From positions 338,000 to 401,999 of the forward strand of contig CBDCBW010000015.1 in NCBI GenBank assembly GCA_965214485.1: a DNA stretch of 64,000 nt. The letters are read 5' to 3'. Both the position numbers and the translations under genes were made by a program. This DNA comes from Rhodothermales bacterium (GTDB taxonomy: Bacteria > Bacteroidota > Rhodothermia > Rhodothermales > JANQRZ01). Numbering within the stretch: the stretch's first letter is position 1; every line of letters starts with the position of its first letter. Positions 28,885 through 42,259 of the stretch are shown piece by piece. The notes beneath the pieces are model-generated. The model saw only the letters and a list, made by a program, of their open reading frames with translations, was not told the origin of the DNA and made no database searches.

Positions 28885-29020
28885 CCCTCATAGACACCCG
28901 AAGCCTGCAGACATAACCTCAGCGATGCAGATAAAAAAGCCTGGCCCCGCACGTAGCGAGACCGGGCCTCGTCCAGCGAACCGCCCGCCGGGCTCGCGCG
29001 GTGAGCGAGAGGGGCACTCT

Positions 29021-29503
29021 TTACTCCCCCGCCAGGCGCAGCACCTCCCGCACCAGAGCGATGTCCACGCGGAACCCCACCGCTTGAAGCTCCTCGACCA
29101 GCGGCCCTACAGCCTCGACGAGGCCGCTTCGCTTGGCGCGGACGAGGAGGCCGAGTGTGCCGACGGTCCGGACCCCAAGCGCCTCTGCGCACCGCCGGGC
29201 ACCTCGGTCGTCCAGCACGGCCGTAGCTTCCGGGTGCTCCAGCACGTAGGCCAGCACCGCGCTCTCACCGGCCCCTACGTCCCAGGCTGCTATTCGCTGC
29301 GGGACCGGACGCGGCGGCTCGACCTCCAGGGCCGCCGCGTCGAGCCACCGCCGCGCGGGGTCCGCCGGTGGAGCCGCTGCGACCTCTTCGGCCACGGCCG
29401 CCGGGACGACGAGTTGCTCCCCCAGCTCCAGCATTAGATCGGCCCGCCCGATGTGCGCGAGCACGATCAGCGGCGAGGCGTCGGCGACGTAGCGCTCAGC
29501 CAC
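29021..29503 (-). CDS. DUF3368-type PIN-like toxin
   Basis: GTG start at 29503 overlaps the antitoxin stop by 8 nt ([19 protein letters not shown]...). C-terminal [15 protein letters not shown] motif is typical of DUF3368. Confidence 0.7.
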   Translation of the reverse strand: MAERYVADASPLIVLAHIGRADLMLELGEQLVVPAAVAEEVAAAPPADPARRWLDAAALEVEPPRPVPQRIAAWDVGAGESAVLAYVLEHPEATAVLDDRGARRCAEALGVRTVGTLGLLVRAKRSGLVEAVGPLVEELQAVGFRVDIALVREVLRLAGE

Positions 29504-29750
29504 CGTCCACCTCGCGCCGCAGCTCCTCCGGTGTCGCCTGGAACGGGGAGACGCCGAAGCGGGCGAGGGAGTGGAGGAACGCGGCACGCGTGAGCCCGGC
29601 TAGCTCGGCGGCTCTCGCCTGCGACAGCCGCCCCTGCCCGTACCACGCCGCCGCCGCTGCGAGCCGCATCTCGGCGGCGAGCTCAGCCGGGCTGCTCCGC
29701 AGCGCGGCAACGGCGTCCTCGGGCAGGTCGATGTGGATGCGGACGGGCAT
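29496..29750 (-). CDS. UPF0175-family antitoxin
   Basis: 84 aa. [11 protein letters not shown]...[35 protein letters not shown] matches the UPF0175 pattern. Confidence 0.7.
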   Translation of the reverse strand: MPVRIHIDLPEDAVAALRSSPAELAAEMRLAAAAAWYGQGRLSQARAAELAGLTRAAFLHSLARFGVSPFQATPEELRREVDGG

Positions 29751-29856
29751 GGCGGCGGCCTGTGGAGGGAGAGTGGTACCGCCCTTTGCTGCTCCGGGTC
29801 CCGACGACGAAGCCCGGTCCTGCGGTGCACAGGTCCGGGCTTCGCCGCTCAGGACT

Positions 29857-29884
29857 GTAGGGGCGAGGCATGCCTCGCCCCTAC
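29857..29884 (-). terminator. hppA terminator hairpin
   Basis: Perfect palindrome GTAGGGGCGAGGCA/TGCCTCGCCCCTAC, 14 nt after the hppA stop. Related hairpins follow hppA remnants 1 and 2. Confidence 0.75.
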
Positions 29885-29897
29885 ACGCTTCCGCCGC

Positions 29898-32012
<2,115 letters not shown>

Positions 32013-32061
32013 GAGAAAAAGAGGGTGGGTGAGGGGGGGTTGGGTGAGAGGGTAGAGGGAA

Positions 32062-32106
32062 GGGGTTTGAGGCGGCAGGGGCGCGAAACCCCCACCCTCA
32101 AACCCC
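32062..32106 (-). terminator. Hairpin downstream of pth
   Basis: GGGGTTTGAGG...CCTCAAACCCC stem, located 8 nt after the pth stop. Confidence 0.55.
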
Positions 32107-32113
32107 GGACGTC

Positions 32114-32689
32114 TTACCGTCTGTTGTACCGGTTCATGGCGGTCGCCAGGCCCTCACGCACGAACGTGAGCGCCGCCTCGGCCGCCGTCTCCACCGCCGC
32201 CTCGATCGCGGGCTGCTCCTCGGCGTCGAAGGGCGCGAGCACGTAGTCGACTTGGCGGCTAGGCGGGAAGCTAGACCCGATGCCGACCCGCAGACGGGGG
32301 AAATTCGACGAATTGAGCCGGTCGATGAGGTCCTGCACGCCGTTGTGCCCGCCGGCCGAACCGCCGGGCCGGAGCCGGATTTGCCCGAGGTCCAGCGCGA
32401 GGTCGTCGTAGACCACGAGGAGGTCGTCGGTCTCGACCCGGGCCAGCGCGACGAGCTTCGCCGCCGCCGTCCCGCTGCGGTTCATGAAGTCCAGCGGCTT
32501 GGCGACGCCGAGCGGCGTCCCCCGGTGGCTGCCCCACGCGCTCGCGAACGGCCCGCCGCCGGTCTCGAACGCGAGGCCCGCCTTGCGCGCCACCGCGTCG
32601 GCAACCATGAACCCGGCGTTGTGGCGGGTGCCCTCGTAGTCCGGCCCGGGGTTGCCCAGCCCGATGATGATCCGTTTGGCACGTGCCAT
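32114..32689 (-). CDS. pth: Peptidyl-tRNA hydrolase
   Basis: 191 aa from ATG 32689. [20 protein letters not shown] and GGHNGVQD motifs. Confidence 0.95.
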   Translation of the reverse strand: MARAKRIIIGLGNPGPDYEGTRHNAGFMVADAVARKAGLAFETGGGPFASAWGSHRGTPLGVAKPLDFMNRSGTAAAKLVALARVETDDLLVVYDDLALDLGQIRLRPGGSAGGHNGVQDLIDRLNSSNFPRLRVGIGSSFPPSRQVDYVLAPFDAEEQPAIEAAVETAAEAALTFVREGLATAMNRYNRR

Positions 32690-32773
32690 CGTGAGTGACG
32701 AGGTACGAACGCCGAGCGGCGAACGGTCACCCCGCAACCGTTCGTCACTCGGCGTTCGTCGTTCGCAGTTCGG

Positions 32774-33448
32774 CTAGCCTTCGTCGTCGGACTCGCCCTC
32801 GGCCCCGGCGTCTGCGGCGGCTTCGCCCTCTTCGCCCTCGGGCAGCTCGCCCTCGGCGAGCTCGCCTTCGAGCAGGAGGCCTTCGTCCTCCTCGGGCTCC
32901 TCCTCGGCGCGGGGCACGGTGATCGTCACGACCGTCCGGGCCGGGTCGGTCAGGATCTCGACGTTCTCGACCTCGAGGTCCGAGACGTGGAGCGAGTCGC
33001 CGATCTCCATCTCGCCGACGTTGACCTCGATCTGCCCGGGGATGTCCTTCGGCAGGCAGCGGACCTCGAGCTCGTTGAGCGGCTGCGAGAGCAGGCCGCC
33101 GGCCTTGACGCCGGGCGCGATGCCGACGGTGACGACCGGGATCACCATGTCGAGCGTCTCCCCGGCCGTGAGGGCGAGGAAGTCGAGATGGATCGGCACG
33201 TCGGTGACCGGGTGGAAGTCGATGTGCTTGACGATGGCCTCGTAGTCCTCGCCGCCGAGCGTGAGCGCGACGACGTGGGTCTCGGCGGTGTAGATCAGCG
33301 AGCGCAGGTCGAGGATCGGCACGCGGAAATGGACCGGGTCGGTGTGCTGCCCGTAGAGCACGCAGGGCACCTCTTCGGCGCGGCGGATGGCTTTGGTGGC
33401 ACGTTTGCCGGTGTCGCGCGGCTGCGCGTCGAGCGTGATGGCGTCCAT
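32774..33448 (-). CDS. rplY: 50S ribosomal protein L25 / general stress protein Ctc, with acidic tail
   Basis: 224 aa. L25/Ctc N- and C-domains (RRAEEVPCVLYG..., IEVNVGEMEIGDSLHVSDL). Conserved pth-ctc-prs gene order. Confidence 0.9.
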   Translation of the reverse strand: MDAITLDAQPRDTGKRATKAIRRAEEVPCVLYGQHTDPVHFRVPILDLRSLIYTAETHVVALTLGGEDYEAIVKHIDFHPVTDVPIHLDFLALTAGETLDMVIPVVTVGIAPGVKAGGLLSQPLNELEVRCLPKDIPGQIEVNVGEMEIGDSLHVSDLEVENVEILTDPARTVVTITVPRAEEEPEEDEGLLLEGELAEGELPEGEEGEAAADAGAEGESDDEG

Positions 33449-33558
33449 GAGGGATGCAGGGTTCGGTCGGATAGGGACTAAAACGTACGGCGTAAAACGT
33501 AAAGGTGCCCGAAGCGGAGCGTCGGCGCAACGCGCCTTTACGTTTTACGCTTCACGTT

Positions 33559-34500
33559 TTACGGGATGAAGAGCGTCGAGACGGACTCGTCGGCGTAGAT
33601 GCGGTGGATGGCGTCGGCGAAGTGGTCGGCGACGGAGATCACCTCGATCTTGTCCGAGGTCCGCTTGAGTGGGACGGTATCGGTGACGAGGAGGCGGCGG
33701 ATCGGCGAGGCCTCGAGGCGGTCGTAGGCCGGGCCGGAGAGCAGGGCGTGCGTCGCGGCGGCCTCGATGCTGAGCGCGCCGGCGTCGGACAGCGCTTCGG
33801 CGGCGGAGACGAGCGTCCCGGCGGTGTCCACCATGTCGTCGAGCAGGAGCACGTCGCGCCCGCGCACATCGCCGATGATGTGCATCACCTCGGCCACGTT
33901 CTGGCGGGGCCGCCGCTTGTCGATCAGCGCGAGCTCCGAGTGGAGCCGCTTAGCGTAGGCGCGGGCGAGCTTGAGCGAGCCCACGTCCGGGGCAACGACG
34001 ACGAGGTTGTCGTCGGCCTGCTCGCGCAGGTGCTCGATGAGGACCGCCGAGCCGTAGAGGTGATCGACGGGGATGTCGAAGAAGCCCTGGAGCTGCGAGG
34101 CGTGGAGGTCCATCGTCAGCACCCGGTCGACGCCGACGGTCGTGAGGACGTTGGCGAGGGCCTTCGAGGCGATCGAGACGCGGGGCTGGTCCTTGCGGTC
34201 CTGCCGGGCGTAGCCGAAGTACGGCATGACCGCCGTGACCCGGGACGCGCTCGCGCGCTTCGCCGCGTCGATCAGGAAGAGCAGCTCGAGCCAGTTCTCC
34301 GCCGGCGGCGGCGTCGTCTGGATGATGAAGAGGTCGGTCCCGCGAATCGACTCGTCGTAGCGGACGTAGATCTCCCCGTCCGAGAAGTCGCGGATCGTGA
34401 CGCCGCCGAGCTCCTGTCCGTAGGCGCGGGCCACCGCCTGCGCGAGCGCGGGGTGGGAGCGCCCGGCGAAGAGCGAGATCGGGAGGTCGTTGGAGAGCAC
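33559..34500 (-). CDS. prs: Ribose-phosphate pyrophosphokinase
   Basis: 313 aa from GTG 34500 (VLSNDLPISLFAG). Motifs FSDGE, MPYFGYARQDRK and LLLDDMVDTAGT. The longer track ORF would run up against the tRNA gene. Confidence 0.9.
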   Translation of the reverse strand: MLSNDLPISLFAGRSHPALAQAVARAYGQELGGVTIRDFSDGEIYVRYDESIRGTDLFIIQTTPPPAENWLELLFLIDAAKRASASRVTAVMPYFGYARQDRKDQPRVSIASKALANVLTTVGVDRVLTMDLHASQLQGFFDIPVDHLYGSAVLIEHLREQADDNLVVVAPDVGSLKLARAYAKRLHSELALIDKRRPRQNVAEVMHIIGDVRGRDVLLLDDMVDTAGTLVSAAEALSDAGALSIEAAATHALLSGPAYDRLEASPIRRLLVTDTVPLKRTSDKIEVISVADHFADAIHRIYADESVSTLFIP

Positions 34501-34591
34501 GGGGCAGGGGTTGGGTGAGCAACCGGAGCGGAGAAACGGGCAACGTCCACCCGTGAGAGGCGGCGCTGGAGGGGAACCCCTCAACGGGGGA

Positions 34592-34662
34592 TCCCTCGAC
34601 GTTGCCCGGGGAGGACTCGAACCCCCACTAACAGGACCAAAACCTGCTGTGCTGCCATTACA
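34592..34662 (-). tRNA. tRNA-Gln (anticodon TTG)
   Basis: Minus-strand sequence TGCCCGGTGGTGTAATGGCAGCACAGCAGGTTTTGGTCCTGTTAGTGGGGGTTCGAGTCCTCCCCGGGCA folds as a cloverleaf. Acceptor TGCCCGG/CCGGGCA, anticodon loop TTTTGGT, T-loop GGTTCGAGTCC. CCA is not encoded. Confidence 0.9.
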
Positions 34663-34906
34663 CCACCGGGCAGGGTGCGGATAAGCGTGCGCCGTGCGGC
34701 GGCAGAGGTCTCACCCGGACAGAAGGGCAAAAATAGCGCTCCGCCCCGCCCGCTGTCAACGACGCAGGGCGGCCCGAAGGAACGCGCGCGCGGCCTGCGT
34801 CGTGCCACCCGCCCGCTGAGGCCCGCACGGGGAGCTACTGCGCCTCTCGCCCGCGACGCCGGGCGCGCGCTTCGCCCCGTCCTCGCCCCGATTTCGCGAG
34901 GCCTTC

Positions 34907-35755
34907 ATGCCCTCGTCTCCCGCTTCTCTCCCCCCGATGGACGACCGCAACGCGATCGACGAACGCAGCGCGATCGGCGTCGTCGGCGGGCTCGGACCCT
35001 ACGCCGGGCTGGACCTCGTCAAGAAGGTCTTCGACAACACCGCCGCCTCGACCGATCAGGAGCACCTCCCGGTCGTGCTGATCTCGTACCCCGGCCATTT
35101 CCCCGACCGTTCGACCTACATCGCGGACCCGTCGAAGCCGAACCCGGTCCCGGCTCTCGCCGAGGTGCTCCGGCGGCTGGACGACGCGGGCTGTGCCGTC
35201 GCCGGGATGCCGTGCAACACGGCCCACGCGCCGGTGATCTTCGACGTGCTCCGCGAGAGGATGCAGCGCGAGGGACGGACCATCCGGCTCCTCAGCATCA
35301 TCGACGCCTGCGCCGAAGCGGCCCTGCGGCGCGACGCCGCCATCCGCCGCGTCGGCGTCCTCGCCACGAACTCGTCGCTGAAGACTCGGCTTCACTCCAT
35401 CGCGCTGGAGAAGGTCGGGCTGGAGGGGGTACAGCCGGACTGGACCTTCCAGAACGAGGTCATCAACCCGGTGATCTTCGACGAGACGTGGGGCCTGAAG
35501 GCGCAGAGCGACCCGCCGACCGAGGAGTCGCGCCACCGCCTCCTGGCCGGCATCCGCCACCTCCGCGAGCGCGGGGCCGACGCCGTGGTGCTCGGCTGCA
35601 CCGAGCTTCCGCTCGCCGTGCCCGAGCCGGAGTTCGAGGGCACCCCCCTCATCGACTCGACGAACGCGCTCGCCCGGGCGCTCATCCGGGCGGGGCACGC
35701 GGACAAGCTCAAGCCGCTCCCCGAAGCGCTCGCGGAGAAGGCCGGGGGGGCGTGA
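34907..35755 (+). CDS. Aspartate/glutamate racemase family protein
   Basis: 282 aa. The two catalytic-Cys motifs are MPCNTAH and LGCTELP. Confidence 0.85.
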   Translation: MPSSPASLPPMDDRNAIDERSAIGVVGGLGPYAGLDLVKKVFDNTAASTDQEHLPVVLISYPGHFPDRSTYIADPSKPNPVPALAEVLRRLDDAGCAVAGMPCNTAHAPVIFDVLRERMQREGRTIRLLSIIDACAEAALRRDAAIRRVGVLATNSSLKTRLHSIALEKVGLEGVQPDWTFQNEVINPVIFDETWGLKAQSDPPTEESRHRLLAGIRHLRERGADAVVLGCTELPLAVPEPEFEGTPLIDSTNALARALIRAGHADKLKPLPEALAEKAGGA

Positions 35756-35836
35756 GGAAGGGGCACCGAGAGCGGGAGATTCTGCGCTTCAACGCCAGGC
35801 CCTTCTTCCGCTCTTTCCCGCTTCCGCTCCTCCGCT

Positions 35837-35887
35837 CTTCAGAGGGCGAATCTCTTCAGAGGGCGAATCTATTCAGAGGGCGAATCC
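35837..35887. repeat. 17-bp tandem repeat x3 (CTTCAGAGGGCGAATCT) upstream of the sugar-transferase gene
   Basis: Read directly: two perfect copies plus one copy with two changes, about 140 nt upstream of the ATG at 36030. Confidence 0.9.
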
Positions 35888-36029
35888 ACAGACCCTTTCT
35901 CAACGAACCGCGCGGCGGGGTTATATTTCCGCATTGTTTCCCCGCGCTCAACCGTTCCCCGTCGGCCCTGCCTATGCTGAGATTGGCTACTGCACGCTGC
36001 TAACCTGTCTCTTCTACCGACGCTGACTG

Positions 36030-37424
36030 ATGCTGAAAGAGCGCAGCCGCCTGCTCCAGCGGCTCCTGTTCGCCGCCGACCTGGGCCTGATCGCCCTGGC
36101 GTGGGCGCTGGCGTGGATCATCCGGTTCGAGATGCTCACGCCGCCGGAGTGGATCCCGCCGGGCCGCTACCTCGGTTTTCTGCCTTTCGTGCTCGTGGTC
36201 TGGGGCGCGGTGTTTCTGCTCTCCGGGCTGTACCAGACGCGGCGCGCGCAGCGGCTGCCGCTCGTCGTGTTCGCGGTGGCGCGGGCGGTGACGCTCGGGC
36301 TTTTCGCGTCGATCGCGGCGGTGTTCTTCTACCGCGAGTTCTCGTTCTCGCGGCTGCACATGCTGCTCTTCGGGGTGCTGAGCTCGGCGTTCCTCGTCCT
36401 GCTCCGGCTTACGATCTACGCCGGGCTGCGGCGGGCGCGGCAGCGCGGCCAGAACCTCCGGCGCGTGCTCGTGGTCGGGGCCGGGCGGGCGGGGCAGCGG
36501 CTGGCGAACGCCTTCCGGCAGTACCCGTGGATGGGCTTCGAGGTCGTCGGGTTCCTCGACGACGAGAAGGCCGGCGAGGACGGCGTGCTCGGCAGCGTGG
36601 ACGATTTTGTGCCGGTGATGGACAGCCTCTCGGCGACGGGGCGCGCGGTCGACCTGGTGTACATCTGCCTGCCGTCGTGGGCGGCGGGCAAGATCGAGCA
36701 GCTCATCGACGACGCGGCGACGCGCTTGGCGCACGTCTGCTTGGTTCCGGACCTGTTCCAGTTCGAGATGATCCTCAACAGCCGGGTCTCGGACATCGAC
36801 GGGCTGCCGGTGATCCACCTGATCGACGAGACGCCGTTCGACTTCCGGCGCATCGTCAAGCGCGGGGCGGACATCGCGTTCTCGCTCGCGGTGCTGGTCT
36901 TCCTCGCGCCGGTCTTCCTCGCGATTGCCCTCGCCGTCAAGCTCTCGTCGCCGGGGCCGGTGTTCTACCGGCAGGAGCGGATGGGGCTCAACGGGCGCTG
37001 CTTCAACATGCTCAAGTTCCGCTCGATGCCGGTGAATGCCGAGGCGCAGAGCGGCGCGGTGTGGGCCTCGCCGGGCGAGGACCGGGCGACGCCGGTCGGC
37101 GCGTTCCTCCGGCGGACGAGCCTCGACGAGCTGCCGCAGTTCCTCAACGTGCTCCGGGGCGACATGTCGGTCGTCGGCCCCCGCCCCGAGCGGCCCGTCT
37201 TCATCGCCGACTTCAAGGACCGGGTGCCGCACTACATGCTCCGCCACAAGGTCAAGGCCGGGATCACCGGCTGGGCGCAGGTCAACGGCTGGCGCGGCGA
37301 CACGTCGATCGAGAAGCGGATCGAGTTCGACCTCTACTACATCCAACATTGGTCGCTGTGGCTCGACGTGAAGATCGTCTTCCTGACGCTCTTCAAGGGG
37401 TTCGTCCACGAGAACGCCTACTAG
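36030..37424 (+). CDS. Undecaprenyl-phosphate hexose-1-phosphate transferase (WcaJ/EpsB-type initiating sugar transferase)
   Basis: 464 aa. N-terminal TM segments. C-terminal bacterial sugar-transferase domain (KRGADIAFS, MLKFRSM, LDELPQFLNVLRGDMSVVGPRP). Confidence 0.9.
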   Translation: MLKERSRLLQRLLFAADLGLIALAWALAWIIRFEMLTPPEWIPPGRYLGFLPFVLVVWGAVFLLSGLYQTRRAQRLPLVVFAVARAVTLGLFASIAAVFFYREFSFSRLHMLLFGVLSSAFLVLLRLTIYAGLRRARQRGQNLRRVLVVGAGRAGQRLANAFRQYPWMGFEVVGFLDDEKAGEDGVLGSVDDFVPVMDSLSATGRAVDLVYICLPSWAAGKIEQLIDDAATRLAHVCLVPDLFQFEMILNSRVSDIDGLPVIHLIDETPFDFRRIVKRGADIAFSLAVLVFLAPVFLAIALAVKLSSPGPVFYRQERMGLNGRCFNMLKFRSMPVNAEAQSGAVWASPGEDRATPVGAFLRRTSLDELPQFLNVLRGDMSVVGPRPERPVFIADFKDRVPHYMLRHKVKAGITGWAQVNGWRGDTSIEKRIEFDLYYIQHWSLWLDVKIVFLTLFKGFVHENAY

Positions 37425-37543
37425 GCGTGGACGAGCGGAGGCACGAGCGAGCGGGAGAGTCCAGGGTGCACCGCCGAGCCCTTCCTCCCCGCTTCCACTC
37501 GCCGGTTTGCTCCTCCTTCCGGTCGTCGGTCTTCCGGTCGTCG

Positions 37544-38619
37544 GTGGCGCTGGCGGCGGTGGGGGCCGCGTTCGTGCTGAAGTACGGGGCCGAGGTCAGT
37601 CCGCTGGCGGGTGTCGCCGCGCTCGCGTTCGGGACCGCGTACGTCGCCGCCGTGTGGGCGGCGCGGCGCGTCGAGGCGGAGGCAGCGGCGCGGGGAGCCC
37701 TCGTGCTGGAGGTGCTGCTCGTCGGGGGCGCGCTGGCGCTGGCGCTCGTCAGCCCGCTGGAGAACGAGGTCGCCCGCCTCCCCGCCCTCGACGTGTGGCT
37801 GGACCGGATTGCCGCGGGGGCGTACCCCTACGGCTCGCCAGTCCGGCCGTCGGGCTTCCCCGGCCTGTTCCTCGCTGCGCTCCCGTTCTGGGCGCTCGGC
37901 CTGCTCCGCCTGCTTCCGGTCGTCGGTCTCGTCGTCTTCCTCGCCCTCCTGCGCCGGGCCGAGGTCGGTCGCCGGCTCGCGGTGCTCGTCGGCCTCGCGC
38001 TGCTGCCGCCGGTCTATTACGAAGTGGTGGTCCACAGCGAGCTGTTTCTGAACAGCACCCTCGCGCTCGGGTCGCTCGTCGTCGTCGAGCGAGCGCGGCG
38101 GCGCGGCGAGGCGCTGCTGCTGGTCGGCGTCCTGGCGGGGCTCGTGCTCTCGACGCGGCTCTACGTCGGCGTAGTCTACGCGGTGTACGGCGCGTATGCC
38201 TTCCGCCCAGCCTGGGCGCGCGGCGCGGCGTTCGCGGGCGTCGCCCTCGCGGTGTGGGCCGCGACGTGGCTTCCCTTCTGGGCGTGGGACCCGCAGCGCT
38301 TCGGTACCTTCGGGCCGTTCGCGGTGCAGACCCTCTACCTCCCGGGGGGGGTCGCGGCGCTGACGGTGCCGGCGGCGCTCGCGTTGGGATGGTGGGCGCG
38401 GGACCTCGCAGCCGTGATCGCCCGTACCGGGTGGCTGCTGTTCGGCCTCGTCGCCTTCGCCGGCATCGTGTCCGTGGACCGGGCGCTGCCCCTGGCGGCG
38501 TTCGCCGGATTCGACGTAGCCTACCTGATCGTGCCGGTCCCCTTCCTGCTCCTCTCCCTGAGCCGACGGCCTCGCTCCGCATCCGTTCGTCGCTCGACCC
38601 TCGTAGCTCGACCCTCCAG

Positions 38620-38623
<4 letters not shown>
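37544..38623 (+). CDS. Polytopic membrane protein of unknown function (possibly a glycosyltransferase/polymerase-type partner of the upstream gene)
   Basis: Tail of track ORF 36101..38623. Candidate GTG starts at 37544 or 37427. About 9-10 hydrophobic segments. Its stop overlaps the ABC-F start (ATGA). Confidence 0.5.
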
Positions 38624-40713
<2,090 letters not shown>

Positions 40714-40852
40714 CGTTCTCAGCCGCGCACCGCTTCCCAGAACTCGCGTGCAGCGGCGGGTAATCTGCACCCGTCAGGGCTCCCTGCGAAGGAGCCGATC
40801 CTACCCCATCCGTTTGATCCGCGCGCGATTGTTTATACCAACGCGATTGCTT

Positions 40853-41012
40853 ATACCAAATCGCTGAGTTTGTGCGCCCTCCTCCACGTCAAGTCATCCC
40901 CTTCAAGTCATCCCCGCGAAGGCGGGGAACCCTGCGAGGGATGAGCCCCGCGCCCTCGCCGCATGGATCCCCGCCTGCGCGGCAAGGACTCAGTCATTCA
41001 GAGAAATGGTAT
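40853..41012. repeat. MITE-like element, copy 2 (with a 14-bp internal duplication)
   Basis: Aligns with 12043-12188. Carries an extra TTCAAGTCATCCCC. Its left flank carries an 18-bp direct duplication (CGCGATTGYTTATACCAA). Confidence 0.8.
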
Positions 41013-41039
41013 TAGCGACCCCACACCCCCCAATGCGTA

Positions 41040-41125
41040 GGGAGAGGGTATGGGGCGTGCCCTTCTACGACCGGCTGCTGGCGCGCTTCGACGAACGGGA
41101 CTTCAAGCTGCGTGCGTAAACTGTC
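41040..41125 (+). mobile_element. Remnant of the 3' end of an IS481-family transposase gene
   Basis: Translates as FYDRLLARFDERDFKLRA*, parallel to the C-terminus LYFYDRLLARLDERSGLRLRP* of the IS481-like transposase at 46800-46878. Confidence 0.6.
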
Positions 41126-41405
41126 ACCCCCCAGCCCAGTCCGATCCCACGGCATCACGATGCGAAGTACGCAAGGCCCGCGACCAGGAAGCAGAACAAC
41201 CACTGACCGAGCACCAAGTAGCGGCGCTCTACGCCTCGCCCGACCACGGACACCGTAGCGAACCAAGCCAACCCGCACAAAGCGAAGTAGGCGCTGAGTA
41301 TGAGGAGGATGGACGGCTCCTCTGGGACTACGTCCGTGAACCCGATTAAGAGAAAGAGGAGGGCGGCAGCGAGCAAGCTGACCAAAACCCAATGCCAACC
41401 ACTCA

Positions 41406-42259
41406 GAGGCTGACTACGAATGGAGTGTGATGGGACGTTGAGCCCGTCCCCCTCGACCGATCGCACGCATGGCACACAGGCCGTACTCGACAGACCTCAC
41501 CGACGCCCAGTGGGCCATCGTCGCCCCGCTGCTGCCCCCGCCCCGCCCGCGCGGTCGCCGACCGACCGTCGACCGCCGCCGCGTCCTTGACGCCATCTTC
41601 TACCAAGCCAAGAACGCCTGCACATGGCGCGACCTCCCGCGCGACTTCCCCAACCACAAGACGGTCTACGCCTATTTCGAGCGGTGGCGCGACGACGGCA
41701 CCCTCGCCTCGGTCTACGAGGCGCTCCACCGCCGGTGGCGTCGGGAGAACGGGCGCGACGAGGACCCGTCGGCCGGGTCCGTCGACAGCCGGAGCGTCCA
41801 GGCTGCGCCCGAGGCCGCCGAGCGGGGGAAGGACCCGAACAAGAAAGTCGTCGGTCGCAAGCAGCACCTGTGCGTCGACACCGAGGGGCTCCCGATCTCG
41901 GTCAGGGTCACCGTCGCCTCAGCCAACGACAAGGCAGCGGCCTACGACCTCATCGACGCGGCGGCCGAGCGGAGCCCGCGGCTGAAGAAGCTGTGGGCCG
42001 ACGGGGCCTATGTGAGCGGCCCGCTCGCCGACCACGCCGCCGAGAAGGAGATCGACTTCGAAGTCGTGAGCCAGCAGAAGGGGCCGTTCGCGCCGATCCC
42101 GCGCCGGTGGGTCGTCGAGCGGACGTTCGCCTGGCTGAAGCGGTACCGCCGGCTGGTGCTCGACTTCGAGCGTCTCGCGCGGACGGTCGAGGCGTTCATC
42201 TACCTCGCGCTGACGCGGCTCCTGCTCAACCGCTTGGCCCCACGTTCATAGTCAGCCTC
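41406..42259 (+). mobile_element. IS5-family (IS427/IS1031-like) insertion sequence, 854 bp
   Basis: Imperfect terminal inverted repeats GAGGCTGACTACGAATG / CGTTCATAGTCAGCCTC. Flanked by a 3-bp direct repeat TCA (41403-41405 and 42260-42262). Single transposase ORF. Confidence 0.85.
41469..42251 (+). CDS. IS5-family DDE transposase
   Basis: 260 aa. N-terminal DLTDAQWAIVAPLLPP motif, DSRSVQA, LWADGAYVS, and the C-terminal VERTFAWLKRYRRL motif typical of the IS5/IS427 group. Confidence 0.9.
   Translation: MAHRPYSTDLTDAQWAIVAPLLPPPRPRGRRPTVDRRRVLDAIFYQAKNACTWRDLPRDFPNHKTVYAYFERWRDDGTLASVYEALHRRWRRENGRDEDPSAGSVDSRSVQAAPEAAERGKDPNKKVVGRKQHLCVDTEGLPISVRVTVASANDKAAAYDLIDAAAERSPRLKKLWADGAYVSGPLADHAAEKEIDFEVVSQQKGPFAPIPRRWVVERTFAWLKRYRRLVLDFERLARTVEAFIYLALTRLLLNRLAPRS

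Noticed and set aside
32013-32113. G-rich stretch upstream of hppA as a riboswitch or G-quadruplex element
   Set aside because: The hairpin GGGGTTTGAGG…CCTCAAACCCC is adequately explained as the pth terminator. No conserved riboswitch core is recognisable.
34675-36003. 442-aa plus-strand ORF spanning the racemase locus
   Set aside because: It is out of frame with the well-supported racemase gene (34907..35755; MPCNTAH/LGCTELP motifs) and is Arg/Pro-rich, so it is a shadow ORF.
37427-37543. Longer version of the membrane-protein gene starting at GTG 37427
   Set aside because: The first 39 codons are Arg/His/Ser-rich and non-hydrophobic. The GTG at 37544 begins directly at the first TM segment. 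The start remains uncertain, so confidence was lowered rather than extending the call.
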